From Octopus vulgaris (Eukaryota): DNA of 64,000 nt. Positions within the stretch are counted from its first letter, which is position 1. Each line of letters starts with the position of its first letter. The translations under genes were made by a program, and so were the position numbers. Below, one piece after another: positions 15,190-29,177 of the stretch. The notes beneath the pieces were generated by a model. That model saw only the letters and a program-made list of their open reading frames with translations. It had not been told where the DNA came from and did no database searches. The stretch covers positions 29,760,001-29,824,000 of the forward strand of contig OX597839.1 of NCBI GenBank assembly GCA_951406725.2, given 5' to 3'.

Positions 15190-15240
15190 TTTGTCAGTGA
15201 ACAGGTCGCGGTCTTAAAGCGACGAAAATATTTTGACAAA
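15190..15240 (+). ncRNA. Type I hammerhead motif with G3-C8 swapped core
   Basis: TTTGTCA GTGAACA G GTCGC-GGTCTTAAA-GCGAC GAAA ATAT TT TGACAAA. Stem I is 7 bp, stem II is 5 bp and stem III is the palindrome AATATT. Confidence 0.75.
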
Positions 15241-15496
15241 TTAAACTTAAATGTTGAAGTGAATCGAACGGCTTTTGTGTGTTTCTTAAATGGCTTACAA
15301 ACACCTTCCACGCTGCAATTGTTATAATTATTTAATTCCAATTATTTATCTATAGTATTACTTTCACATTATTATTAGTTTATTGCGATCTTATTCTGTC
15401 ATCAGGTTGTGGTGTGGGGGCGTGGGCTAGTGTTCCGTTCTAGTTTTCTATTTACGCTAGATTTATCTTTTATTATGTATGTACTATTAATAATAA

Positions 15497-16052
15497 ATGC
15501 CCTGATGCAGTACCAGTCAGTGGATCTCATGGCTTCTGATCTTAACTGATTGGATTTGTTATCATGTTCATAGTTTTGTCTTGGTATAAAAGATGGGCTT
15601 CAGCAAATATTCTGCTCAATATCATAGATTTGCTTGTCAGTTGTTTGACCTTAACCAGTTGAGCATGTCCCTTAGTGGCTGACGATATGTGCATCTCTGA
15701 TCATGAGCAGAAGTAGTGGGGGAGCATCATAGCCGTGTGTCGAGAGGAATTCTTTGGGGCTTGGATAATTCACCTTTGGAAACAATGATGTTTTGTTCAA
15801 CTTCCTTAAACAACCCTTATTCAGGGACATTTTGAGCGGGATGGGTTACTCGACCAGAAGAAAATTCTAACTGGGCCCCACCTGCAAGGTCATGTGCTGT
15901 TTATCTTGATATGAGATCACTATGTCATGCACATATGGTTGTGATGCATGTGCCTGGTGTATCCTTATCAGACGGGTAGTCATGATGGGTATACTGGGCT
16001 TCGTATATTTTATCCCAGTGTCACTTTGATGGCATGCACTGCTCTCTCACTC
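15497..16052 (+). mobile_element. ~555-bp non-coding interspersed element flanked by (AAT)n, copy 1
   Basis: ATGCCCTGATGCAGTACC...GCACTGCTCTCTCACTC. The same ends recur at 17910-18464 and 34996-35551. Confidence 0.85.
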
Positions 16053-16076
16053 AATAATAATAATAATAATAATAAC

Positions 16077-16133
<57 letters not shown>

Positions 16134-16149
16134 CTGATCCAATTTTTAG

Positions 16150-16266
16150 ATGTCAACGAGTGTCGAGGAAAGCCTTGTGCATGGAATGCTAGATGCATCA
16201 ACACAGCCGGTTCCTATCGCTGTGTTTGCGACCGTGGATATACAATGGGACGACGGGAATGTGTTG
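16150..16266 (+). CDS. Exon 4, cbEGF 1
   Basis: TTTTTAG| DVNECRGKPCAWNARCINTAGSYRCVCDRGYTMGRRECV |GTAAGT, phase 1-1, 117 bp. Confidence 0.95.
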
Positions 16267-16913
16267 GTAAGTAAAGAAAGATAATACACACACACATACA
16301 CACACACACGCATACATTATCAGCTTGAGTTATCTTTACATTGCATAAAAGTCTGTCAGAGCAGGTACGTGCCTGCTTCCTCAGATGTGTATGGTAGGGA
16401 TGAAGAAAATTTAAAGATAGCCTGAGCCGGTTGGTTGGTCCTCCATTGGTCGGTTGATGCCATGTGGACCAAGAAAACTCTGGTATCTTTTAATACTAGC
16501 TAAATGTCAAAGAGACGGTTTGTGTAAATGCTTTTGGGACACACGTAGACCACATCTGCTGATTGTCAAGGAATTTTTAGAGGTGTCGTAGCCTCTGTAC
16601 ATGTCTGCAAATCATCAACAACGTGCCCAAACTCAACAGAATACAAAATACTGCTTAGAACTTTTTGGTAGATTTTCACCCTAACAACTGACGGTGCGAA
16701 CCAAAATTGCTTCCATGAGAACAACACCTAGTATTGTGGTTTTTAGGCTCCACTATTTCTGTGTTCGAGGTATCGAGGAGAAATTCGGAAAAAAATATAG
16801 AAACAGAATCGAGAAATAAAAAAAAAAATCATTATAATAACAACAGAATAATAATAATAAAAATAAAAATAAAAATAATAATAATAATAATAATGATAAT
16901 AATAATGATAATA

Positions 16914-16987
<74 letters not shown>

Positions 16988-17072
16988 TATTATTATTATT
17001 ATTGAGACTTGGAGCCGACTTGTACAGATGTTTTCTAAACATGCGACAATTGTTTCTTCTTTTATTTTCTAG

Positions 17073-17189
17073 ATGTAAATGAGTGCAGACGGGATCCGTG
17101 TGGTAAATACGGGAAATGCAGCAACACAATAGGGTCCTACAAATGTTATTGTAGACGAGGATTTCAATGGAACGGGAGAACATGTATTG
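17073..17189 (+). CDS. Exon 5, cbEGF 2
   Basis: TTTTCTAG| DVNECRRDPCGKYGKCSNTIGSYKCYCRRGFQWNGRTCI |GTAAGT, 117 bp. Confidence 0.95.
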
Positions 17190-17247
17190 GTAAGTACATC
17201 CTAAATAGACAACAACACACGCACATGTTTTATTGGTTTCAAGTTCT

Positions 17248-19529
<2,282 letters not shown>

Positions 19530-19562
19530 CTGGCAAAATAATTTGATAAGCTTAGAAAGTAT

Positions 19563-19980
19563 AAAGATCTGCTCATCGAAATCGAAAAGATGCGGCATTT
19601 GAAGACACTTTCCATATCAGTGATTGTAGGAGCATTTGGAAAAATTTAAAAAGGAAATCAGAATTATCTAAGAATGATCGCTGGCTTACCATCCATGCAA
19701 TAAATGTCTTAACAAGTACGTCACACGCATTGAGATGATCGTTATCACTGTAAATTCTTTCTCTCTCTCTTTTTCTCCCTTTATTTTCCTTGTTGACTAT
19801 TTTATTTTTTACTTCTATTTTCTGTCTCTGTCTTTCTTCCACTTTTACGGTGTCACATGACTTGGTACATGGACAGTTAGGTGTGTTTATTTTAATGAAC
19901 TACCAGTGTATACAGTGCGTTTCTCTGCCGTAGATGTCAGGAAGACACTCGGCAAGAAATGGAAAGAGAATTGAAAGAAG
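19563..19980 (+). mobile_element. Degraded 3' end of an R4/Dong-like LINE
   Basis: KDLLIEIEK..PVIVGA-like remnant and a 3' UTR ending ACACTCGGCAAGAAATGGAAAGAG..GAAAGAAG(ATA)n, similar to 23720-24090. Confidence 0.65.
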
Positions 19981-20044
<64 letters not shown>

Positions 20045-20123
20045 TTATGATAATGATAATAATAATGATGATGATGATAATAATAATGATTTTCATTTGA
20101 TATTGCAATACATATATTTTCAG

Positions 20124-20246
20124 ACATCAACGAGTGTAGACGTCGGAGAGTCTGTGGTCGTTATGCAAGATGTTACAACACACCTGGTTCCTACTATTGC
20201 AAGTGCTACAGCACGGGCTACAAGATGATCGGACAGACATGTGTAG
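20124..20246 (+). CDS. Exon 6, cbEGF 3
   Basis: TTTTCAG| DINECRRRRVCGRYARCYNTPGSYYCKCYSTGYKMIGQTCV |GTAAGT, 123 bp. Confidence 0.95.
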
Positions 20247-20284
20247 GTAAGTAGAAGCCAACAATAGCGATCGCAATATTACAA

Positions 20285-20341
<57 letters not shown>

Positions 20342-20414
20342 GGAATATTATTCCTAACTTACAGGGAAAAATTCAATTTAGAAATACTAAATCAAATTTC
20401 ACAAAATATATTAT

Positions 20415-20760
20415 ATATATAAAAATTAGAAAAAAACCCACCTTTTATCAATTCAAAATGAACAATTAAATTACACCATCTAGAAAATTACATATAATAG
20501 AAATATTAAAAATAAAATAACAATAATATACTAACGATTAAGTAAATTGTAAAATATTAATAAAAACGTACAACAAAAACGTATTATACGTTATTTTATC
20601 AAATATATACGTTTTCATTATTATTTTGCAATTTACTTAATCGTTAGTATATTATTGTTATTTTATTTTTAATATTTCTATTATATGTAGTTTTCTAGAT
20701 GGTGTAATTCAATTGTTCATTCTGAATTGGTAAAAGGCGTTTTTTTCTTATTTATATATA
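20415..20760. repeat. AT-rich fold-back element (~155-bp inverted arms)
   Basis: ~20415-20570 is the reverse complement of ~20607-20760. The adjacent terminus ATTAGGGAATATTATTCCTAACTTACAGGGAAAA resembles 2902-2945. Confidence 0.8.
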
Positions 20761-20885
20761 TGTATATATATCACTGTGTGTGTGTGCGTATGTATACGCA
20801 TGTGCATATTTGTGTGTATGCATGTATGTACAGGAGCTTCTAATCTACTTAATATTTAGCCGATATCAAAGTAATAATAATAATG

Positions 20886-20950
<65 letters not shown>

Positions 20951-20961
20951 GAATAATAATA

Positions 20962-22950
20962 ATGCTGGATAAAGAAATGCCTGGAAATGCACCTACTCTG
21001 CAAAGCCTTTTATCTGTAAGTATGAGATCATGGAGAACCACACTAACTTTGAACAGTGACAATGAATCTCTAAATGCTGGTGATGTAAAAATTTCATGTG
21101 GCATTTTCCAGGGTGACTCACTATCACCACTCCTCTTTTGTTTAGCCTTGATACCTCTCTCAAAATTGCTCAATACGGATATAAAATGTTTGATAAAAAT
21201 ATAAATCATCTCATTTACATGGATGATTTAAAGCTCTTTGCAAAAAACGACCAACAACTCAAGGGCTTAGTAGCGATTGTTAAACAATTCAGTGATGACA
21301 TCAGAATGCAATTTGGCCTTGATAAATGTGCAAAAGTACATTTATCAAAGGGAAAATGACAGAAACATCTAACGTGAACCTTGACCAGCAGAATGTCATA
21401 AAAGAATTAGACCCAGCGGAGAGCTACAAGTACCTAGGGGTAATTGAAGGGGGCGGAATAAGGCATTCAGTGATGAAGGAAAGGATCAGGAGAGAATGTT
21501 ATCGCAGAGTAAGAGCAATACTCAAGACAGAGTTGAATGCGAGAAACAGGATCGAAGCGATCAATGCTTTAGCCATACCAGTCGTGACTTACAGTTTCAA
21601 TATCGTTAACTGGTCAATTACTGAAATATGTCAGCTCGACAGAAAAATACGAAAACTGTTGACAATGCATAGAATGCACCACCTTAAGGCAGATATAGAA
21701 CGACTTTATCTGCCAAGAAAAGAGAGAGGCCGTGGTCTTTTACAACTGGCAATAACAATGAAGATTGCTACAATTAGCCTAGACACCTACCTGAAAAGCT
21801 CTGGGGACTGGATGTTAAAACTTGTCTCAAAATATGAAAACAAGAAAGCATCATACTCAGTAACAAAACAGGCAAAGGAATATCTAAGTGAATTCCGAAT
21901 ACAACAAATTTCGGAATTAGACATACAAGAAACACGCACAGAAAAAGCTAGGCGCATGAAAACCCGTGCTAAAACTGCGGCCTTAGATATTCTGAATGAT
22001 AAATGGCAAAAAAAACTTCTCTATGGCAAATACCCAAAGAGAGCGAATAGTGCAGATGTTGACAAAGCCCTGACACATCAAGGGCTAATGGCCTCTGGCT
22101 TAAAATCTGAAACAGAAGGGTTTATCATAGCAGCTCAAGATCAATGCCTACCAACAAGAAACTACCAGGCCAACATATTAAAGAACGGCAGTAGCCCAAC
22201 ATGTGTATGTCAACAACAAAATGAAACCATCGATCATGTTGTCTCCAAGTGCAGTCTTCTAGCGCCTACAGAGTATCTCAACCGGCATTATAGAGCTGCA
22301 CAATATATTCACTGGGTAATTTACAAAAACCTGGATTTGCCCCATGAAAAAAACTGGTGGGAGCACAAACCACAAACCACATATCCCTCCTCTGGAACTT
22401 CACCATTCAAACTGACAGAAAGATAGGTGCAAATAGGCCAGACATCATATTGAAAGACTTCAGACAAAGAACATGCCTCCTCATTCATATGACTGTCCCA
22501 ATCGATATAAACGTATCTGTCAAGACCTACCAAAAACTGAGCAAATATAAAGATCTTGTAATGTGTAAGATCATGTAATCAGCAAAATGTGGAAGCTGAA
22601 GACTAAAACAATACCTGTTGTCATAGGTGCCCTGGGAATGATAGCGAAAGGGGCTGATTGCTACATAACTCAGATAGCAGGAAACCCCAAAATGGCAGAA
22701 ATTCAAAAGATAGTGCTCATGGGAACTGCTCATATCTTACGCAAAATACTTTCTATGTAATCTCAAGGTTTAAAACAAACATAATTTTCGTATGTTATTT
22801 TTAGACATTCACTAGTACAACACTAAATAGAAAACCAAATATATGGCACACTAGGCATAACAACACCGTGAACTTCCAACCTATTGTCTCTTGAGGTCTC
22901 TGGGTGAGACTTGGAGCCAACTTGTACAAATATAAAGCAAAAGTCAAACA
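20962..22950 (+). mobile_element. 5'-truncated R4/Dong-clade non-LTR retrotransposon (RT, CCHC, restriction-like endonuclease) inserted in (TAA)n
   Basis: GIFQGDSLSPLLF, HLIYMDDLKLF, YKYLG, GLKSETEGFIIAAQDQ, C..C..ETIDHVVSKC and RPDII..KLSKY motifs, with frameshifts. Flanked by (TAA)n on both sides. Confidence 0.92.
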
Positions 22951-22969
22951 TATAATAATAATAAAAATG

Positions 22970-24093
22970 ATGCTATGTTGAAACTATGTTGAAACTATGC
23001 TAAAACTTGTTAAAAAACATGAAAGACCGGAAAAACTTCACTCTATTCTGAAAGAGAGCAAAAAATTCGCTATTGATCTCTTAGATACCCACCAGGTCGA
23101 TCAGGCAGAAGGAAATGTGCAAACTGCTGCAAAAAAATAATAAAATTAATCGCAAAGACAAAAGCACGTGAAAAATTAGCTAGCAGATGGGAACAGAAAC
23201 CTCTGTATGGCAAGTATGTGACCCGTAGCAAACAAGCTGATGTCGACCAGAAACACACGCATCAATGGTTACGAAGCGGAGGGCTAAAAGCGGAGAGTGA
23301 AGGTTTCATAGATGCTCAAGACCAAAGCTTATTAACCCGGAACTACCAAGCAAATGTGTTAAAAAATGGAGCTGATCCAAAATGCCGATTCTGTAACGAT
23401 GAGATTGAAACTATAGACCACCTGCAGAATATAAAGCAAGACATGACAGAGTCGGCCAGTAGTTACACTGGACAATATGTCGGCATTATAAAATGAAAAC
23501 CGCTGACAAATGGTATAAACACCATCCTGAAGCTGTGACTGAAGGAGAAAATGTGTCGATTCTCTGGGACTTCCCCGTACATATCGACAAAACTATAAAA
23601 GCTAATAAACCGGATATTATTACAAAAAATCAGACAAAAAAAGGTGTGTTTATTAATTGACAGGTGTAGTCCTTGCGATCACAATATTGCGGCGAAAGAA
23701 TTTGACAAGATTAGTAAATATAAGACTTGCTAATAGAAATTGAAAAACTGTGGCATCTCAAGGCGACTACAGTACCAGTGATTGTAGGATCTCTAGGAAT
23801 TATAAAAAAGGCTACTGAAACCTATTTGAAAATGATACCAGGCTTACCATCCCTACAGGAAGTGCAAAAATTCGTGTTAACTGGAAAGGTTCATGAACTG
23901 AGAAGAACATTATCGCTGTGAAAACAACAACCATTCATGAATTTATTTATTTATTAATTTTTTAAAATACATATTTTACCTGTGAATTTGCGTGGGTAAT
24001 CTGGGAATGCATACAATGAGCTTCTCTGCCCTAGGCGTACGGAACACACTCGGCGAGAAACGGAAGAAAATTTGAAGAAAGAAAGAAAATAGT

Positions 24094-24146
<53 letters not shown>

Positions 24147-24148
24147 TG

Positions 24149-24221
<73 letters not shown>

Positions 24222-25130
24222 AACTAAGAAACTATTACAAAATAACTACCATAACACTACAGAAATACTTACATCAGAAGCAAGGAATACTAACTCATAT
24301 AGCCACAAAATACGAACAAAACAAAAAAAAATGTTTTTAGATTTTAAGGAAACTGACAAATTCAAAACAGGAAGTCATACTACCTGACAACTATGAAAGA
24401 AAAGAAGAAACAACAAAAGCTATCAAACTGGAACCGCAACGGATCATGATAAAACGATGGCGAGAAAAGCCCCTTCATAGCAAATACTGGGTTAAAATAA
24501 ACAGAAAAGAAGTAGGTAAAGCAAAACCCCAACAATGGCTGAGAAGCGCAGGACTCAAAGCAGAGACTGAAGGATTTTTTAATTGCAGCACAAGACCAAA
24601 GCTTCCCCACCAGAAATTACCAAAAACATGTTATGAAAAGTAATATAACAAGTAACTGCAGAATATGTGGTGATGGACAAGAAACAATAAATCATATTGT
24701 CTCTGGCTACCCAGTCCTGGCTAAGAAGGAATATATTCACAGATACGACAGAGTTGGGACCTATATACACTGGAAGCTATGCCAACATTATGAAGTAACA
24801 ATAGAAAAAAGATGGTATAGGCACACGCCAGAAATGGTCACAGAAAATGAGAAAGCAACCATACTCTGGGATACGACAGTATACAGATATTGAGAAATTA
24901 AGGCCAATAGACTGGATGCAGTTTTCAGAGGTCATTCAGAAAAAGATGATTTTTAATCGATCTATTAATACCAACAGATGACAATGTTTCTCCAAAAGAA
25001 ACGGAGAAACTTTCAGAATGTAAACATCTGGAAATAGAGTTTGTGAAATCTAAAAACAGAGACAATTCTTATCATAGTGGGTGCATTAGGTATGATAAAA
25101 TAATATTCAGACCATCACATAACTAAGAAG
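22970..25130 (+). mobile_element. Two further degraded R4/Dong-like LINE 3' fragments of different families (~22970-24090 and ~24350-25130)
   Basis: WLRSGGLKAESEGF..QDQSLLTRNY..CRFC and WLRSAGLKAETEGF..CRICGDGQETINHIVSG, separated by (TAA)n. Confidence 0.85.
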
Positions 25131-25277
25131 TATATGTAACATACAGAAAAACTAAGAGCATTACAACAAACCACAGCAAATACCCAAGGTATACAGACAG
25201 AGCTACGCTCGGTTGTACGTTGAAAGCATGCGATAAAAATATGATACTAAAACTACTAATAACTACTAATACTACAT

Positions 25278-25506
25278 GGCGGCGAGCTGGCAGAAACATT
25301 AGCATGCCAGGCGAAGTGCGTAGCCGTATTTCGTCTGCCGTTACGTTCTGAGTTCAAATTCCACCGAGGTCGACTTTGCCTTCCATCCTTTCGGGGTCGA
25401 TAAATTAAGTACCAGTTACGCACTGGTGTCGATGTAATCGACTTAATCCGTTTGTCTGTCCTTGTTTGTCCCCTCTGTATTTAGTCCCTTGTGGGTAGTA
25501 AAGAAA
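25278..25506 (+). mobile_element. tRNA-derived SINE (family A)
   Basis: GGCGGCGAGCTGGCAGAA..GAGTTCAAATTCC..CATCCTTTCGGGGTCGATAAA..GTACCAG. Other copies: ~1-40, 8131-8275, 27631-27846, 33930-34300(-), 39908-40321(-), 40910-41140(-), 43171-43390, 50940-51130, 52285-52676. Confidence 0.85.
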
Positions 25507-26056
25507 ATATTATATAACTGCAACTACTACTAATAATGATGATGGTTTCACACTTTATTACAAGGACATCCATTTTGGCGAAGGATGGAAGGAAAGGAGT
25601 CGGGTTTATGTCAGGAAATTAAAGGTTTAAATATAAGAGAAGAGGAAAGGTTTCCGTCCGTAGAGGAGCAATATGGCTTCTCACGTTTTAGAAGAGAGCT
25701 TTAGGAACCATCTTTTAGGATTTGAGAGGGAGATAACTTGTGGTGGTGAGGTGTCCGTATGGACCCTTAATGCACGAGGAGAAAAGAACTGAACGTGGAC
25801 GAAAGACTATGATGTATTTGTGTAGTGATTGTAAGGGTGTTTACATAAGAGTCAGAGATGGTTGGAAACGGGGAACAGATGAAGGAAGAACTGAGGGATA
25901 ACATGGAGAGAAAGTAGGAAGAGTCGACGAGAAGCTTAGAAAACGGGTTCGCTTCAGGGTAGAGTGACTAATGTAAAACAATAACAAAACCAACAACAAA
26001 AATCATACCAGTTCCTTATTAATATGTTCAATGTTTATTTCTTCTTCAAATTTCAG

Positions 26057-26173
26057 ACATCAACGAGTGTTTAAGGAACCCTTGTCCTTCTGGTGCCACA
26101 TGTCACAATTTCCCCGGCTCCTATCGTTGTGCATGCAAACCGGGTTACTACTTCGCAAATAACACTTGTGTTG
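26057..26173 (+). CDS. Exon 7, cbEGF 4
   Basis: TTTCAG| [39 protein letters not shown] |GTAAGT, 117 bp. Confidence 0.95.
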
Positions 26174-26452
26174 GTAAGTAAGCTATAAAATCTAATCCAG
26201 AAGAACAAAAATAAATGTTTTAAGTCCACATTGCTTTACCAAATAGTCTGTGGTGATTTTTTAACCCTAGGTTAGTAATGATCCGGCAGGTCTAAAATAT
26301 GTAGTTTATCAGCCGAGATGAGGTGATCTGTTATTCCAAATATACCACGAGTGTTATTAAATAGACGATCATACTTTTGTACATGTAAACAGACATTGGT
26401 TCCTTCCTGCTTTTGTGTTTAAATAACATTTATTTATTTAATACTTTAACAG

Positions 26453-26569
26453 ATTACAACGAGTGCAAATATAAAGGAAGATGTGACCACATCTGTGTCA
26501 ACACTCCCGGATCCTTCTATTGCCTCTGTAGAAAGGGTTTTGAATTATTTAAGAAACGTTATTGCGTGG
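26453..26569 (+). CDS. Exon 8, cbEGF 5
   Basis: TTTAACAG| DYNECKYKGRCDHICVNTPGSFYCLCRKGFELFKKRYCV |GTAAGT, 117 bp. Confidence 0.95.
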
Positions 26570-27194
26570 GTAAGTTCATCATTTCTATATAATATTTTAC
26601 GCAAAAAGCGCGCGCATACACATTGTTTTTTCTATTCGTAATAGAATAACATCTACTCTGTCCAGCTCCCTATTACCAGAAGGCCCTTTATCTCATCCTT
26701 CCTTGTTTAATATAGTCTTAAAGGGTTCTTCCTTGATACCCGCATAATTTTGTACCTTCTTAGACACCTTCAGGTTATTGGAGACAGCCACTCTCACATC
26801 TATAACTATTTCTCTATTACTTTGATTATTACGACAGCATGTGACCTTACCTCAATATCAAAGCCTCCTTTTGTACTGGTTTGGGCGGTTTACTAAAATA
26901 TCTTCTGGCCCTCATTTAACATTTGAGTGACGTAACTTAACAGCTTTGTGAGGACGTGCGTAGATATTGAAAGAAACAACGTCTCAATATAACATCAAGT
27001 GGAAAGTTCTAGAGAAGTGCATCAGTGGCTGTGTGGTAAGTAGCTTGCTTACGAACCACATGCTTCCAGGTTCAGTCCCACTGCGTGGCACCTTGGGCAA
27101 GTGTCTTCTACTATAGCCTCGGGCCGACCAAAGCCTTGTGAGTGAATTTGGTGGACGCAAACTGAAAGAAGCCCGTCGTATATATGTATGTATG

Positions 27195-27262
<68 letters not shown>

Positions 27263-27263
27263 T

Positions 27264-27312
<49 letters not shown>

Positions 27313-27908
27313 TGTGTCTGTGTTTGTACCCTCCGTAACTTAGCGGTTCGGCAAAAGAGACCGATAGAATAAGTACTAGGCTCCAGCAAGGCCACAGTCA
27401 AATGACTGAAACAATTAAAAGAATAACTGGAAGTTAGTGGGAGCTGTAGACTGCATAGCAGAGAAACGAAGAAAACTGCAGGAATCCGTCAGCCCAGTGG
27501 CAAACCGAGAAAATACGAATGACAATCTTCCATTATAACACCATCAAAGCAAATTTAAAATTATACGGCTGGTTAGGTATCCCATAAATATAGGGAACGA
27601 CTATTTTCCATCGTATATATTGTTTAAAAAGGCGGCGAGCTGGCAGAAACGTTAGCACGCCGGGCGAAATGCGTAGCCGTATTTCGTTTGCTGTTACGTT
27701 CTCAGTTCAAATACCGCCGAGGTCGACTTTGCCTTTCATCCTTTCGGGGTCGATTAAATAAGTACCAGTTACGCACTGGGGTCGATATAATCGACTTAAT
27801 CCGTTTGTCTCGTCTGTGTTTAGCTACTTGTGGGTAGTAAAGAAATATATATTGTTGTTTTTTATTATTATTTTTACTTATGTTTGTTTATTTCCTCCTT
27901 ATTTTCAG

Positions 27909-28141
27909 ACATCAACGAATGTAGGTGCAACAATGGTGGATGCCCTTTCCCTTACAGATGCGTTAACAAACCCGGGCACCACTACTGTGATTGCCCCTTC
28001 GGGTTTGGAGTTAGAGGGAACATGTGTCACCTTTTGATACCTCAAAAGAAACTGAACTTCACTCTCCCCAATAACCCAACAGCCTTACCAAGAATGAAGC
28101 CGCAATTGCAAACCACAACTGTGATACCACCTAAAAAATAA
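27909..28141 (+). CDS. Exon 9 (terminal), cbEGF 6 plus Pro/Thr-rich tail
   Basis: TTTTCAG| DINECRCNNGGCPFPYRCVNKPGHHYCDCPFGFGVRGNMCHLLIPQKK..TTTVIPPKK-stop. The nine exons sum to 1206 nt in frame. Confidence 0.93.
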
Positions 28142-28161
28142 CTTTTTCATCAAATTAGTCA

Positions 28162-28182
28162 AATAAATGATAATTTAATAAA
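28162..28182 (+). terminator. Tandem polyadenylation signals
   Basis: AATAAA at 28162-28167 and 28177-28182, shortly after the stop codon. Confidence 0.65.
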
Positions 28183-28353
28183 AAGAAACATTGCGTTTGC
28201 GTCTAATTGTCTCTTAATGTAGCAACTATGAAGAGAAACACCTACCGTATATATATATATATATATAAATAGATGAGTGTATTTTCCCCTTGTTAACAAT
28301 TAACACGGAAACAGTTTTCTGTTAAAATTTCTTATTTACGAGTTTCGGTTTTC

Positions 28354-28437
28354 ACTTCCCTGAAGAGAAGATTGTATTGTTTTATACCATTTATTCTTTT
28401 GAATATTAGTGAAATCATCGAAACATGTGTCGAAAGT
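28354..28437 (+). ncRNA. Type I hammerhead motif downstream of the gene 3' end
   Basis: ACTTCC CTGAAGA GAAGATT..AATCATC GAAA CATGTG TC GAAAGT, with a GUC site. Confidence 0.75.
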
Positions 28438-28470
28438 AAAAGTATTTGATTTATACCTGCGTTAAACTCC

Positions 28471-28540
<70 letters not shown>

Positions 28541-28885
28541 GGGTGTCTGAGAGACACCACCATGCCGAAATAGCAGTCAAAACCCTGACTTTAACAACCA
28601 CGTGAAATGTTCATATCGTACCATGAGATAAGACAGAGGGACAAAATCGACTAGCAAAAATATTATTGAATAATTCAAGAATCCAGGATTTCTGGTTTTC
28701 CTTTAAATAAGCTTTACCGTCATCGGTTGAATATATCAAAGTACATAAATACATATATATATATGCAGAACAAACGTTATACGTACATATTCGAACGTCC
28801 ATTAATTTGTACGGTATTTTTCCCATGCTGGCCACTTGGTAATATCGATATTTAAATAATATCGATATATTATCCTTATTTATAA

Positions 28886-28931
<46 letters not shown>

Positions 28932-28946
28932 TTAAATATATATATA

Positions 28947-29007
28947 CAGCAGAAAATTCCACAAAACCTGTAACTCTGAGTAATAGGTTTTGTGGAATTT
29001 TCTGCTG
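28947..29007. repeat. Hairpin with 23-bp perfect arms next to (TA)n
   Basis: CAGCAGAAAATTCCACAAAACCT / AGGTTTTGTGGAATTTTCTGCTG. Confidence 0.9.
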
Positions 29008-29077
29008 CATATTACTCTACCACTGGTATTTGAGTACTCTTTTTTCCCACCTTGTTTCACATTTATGTGTTTACTCC

Positions 29078-29177
<100 letters not shown>

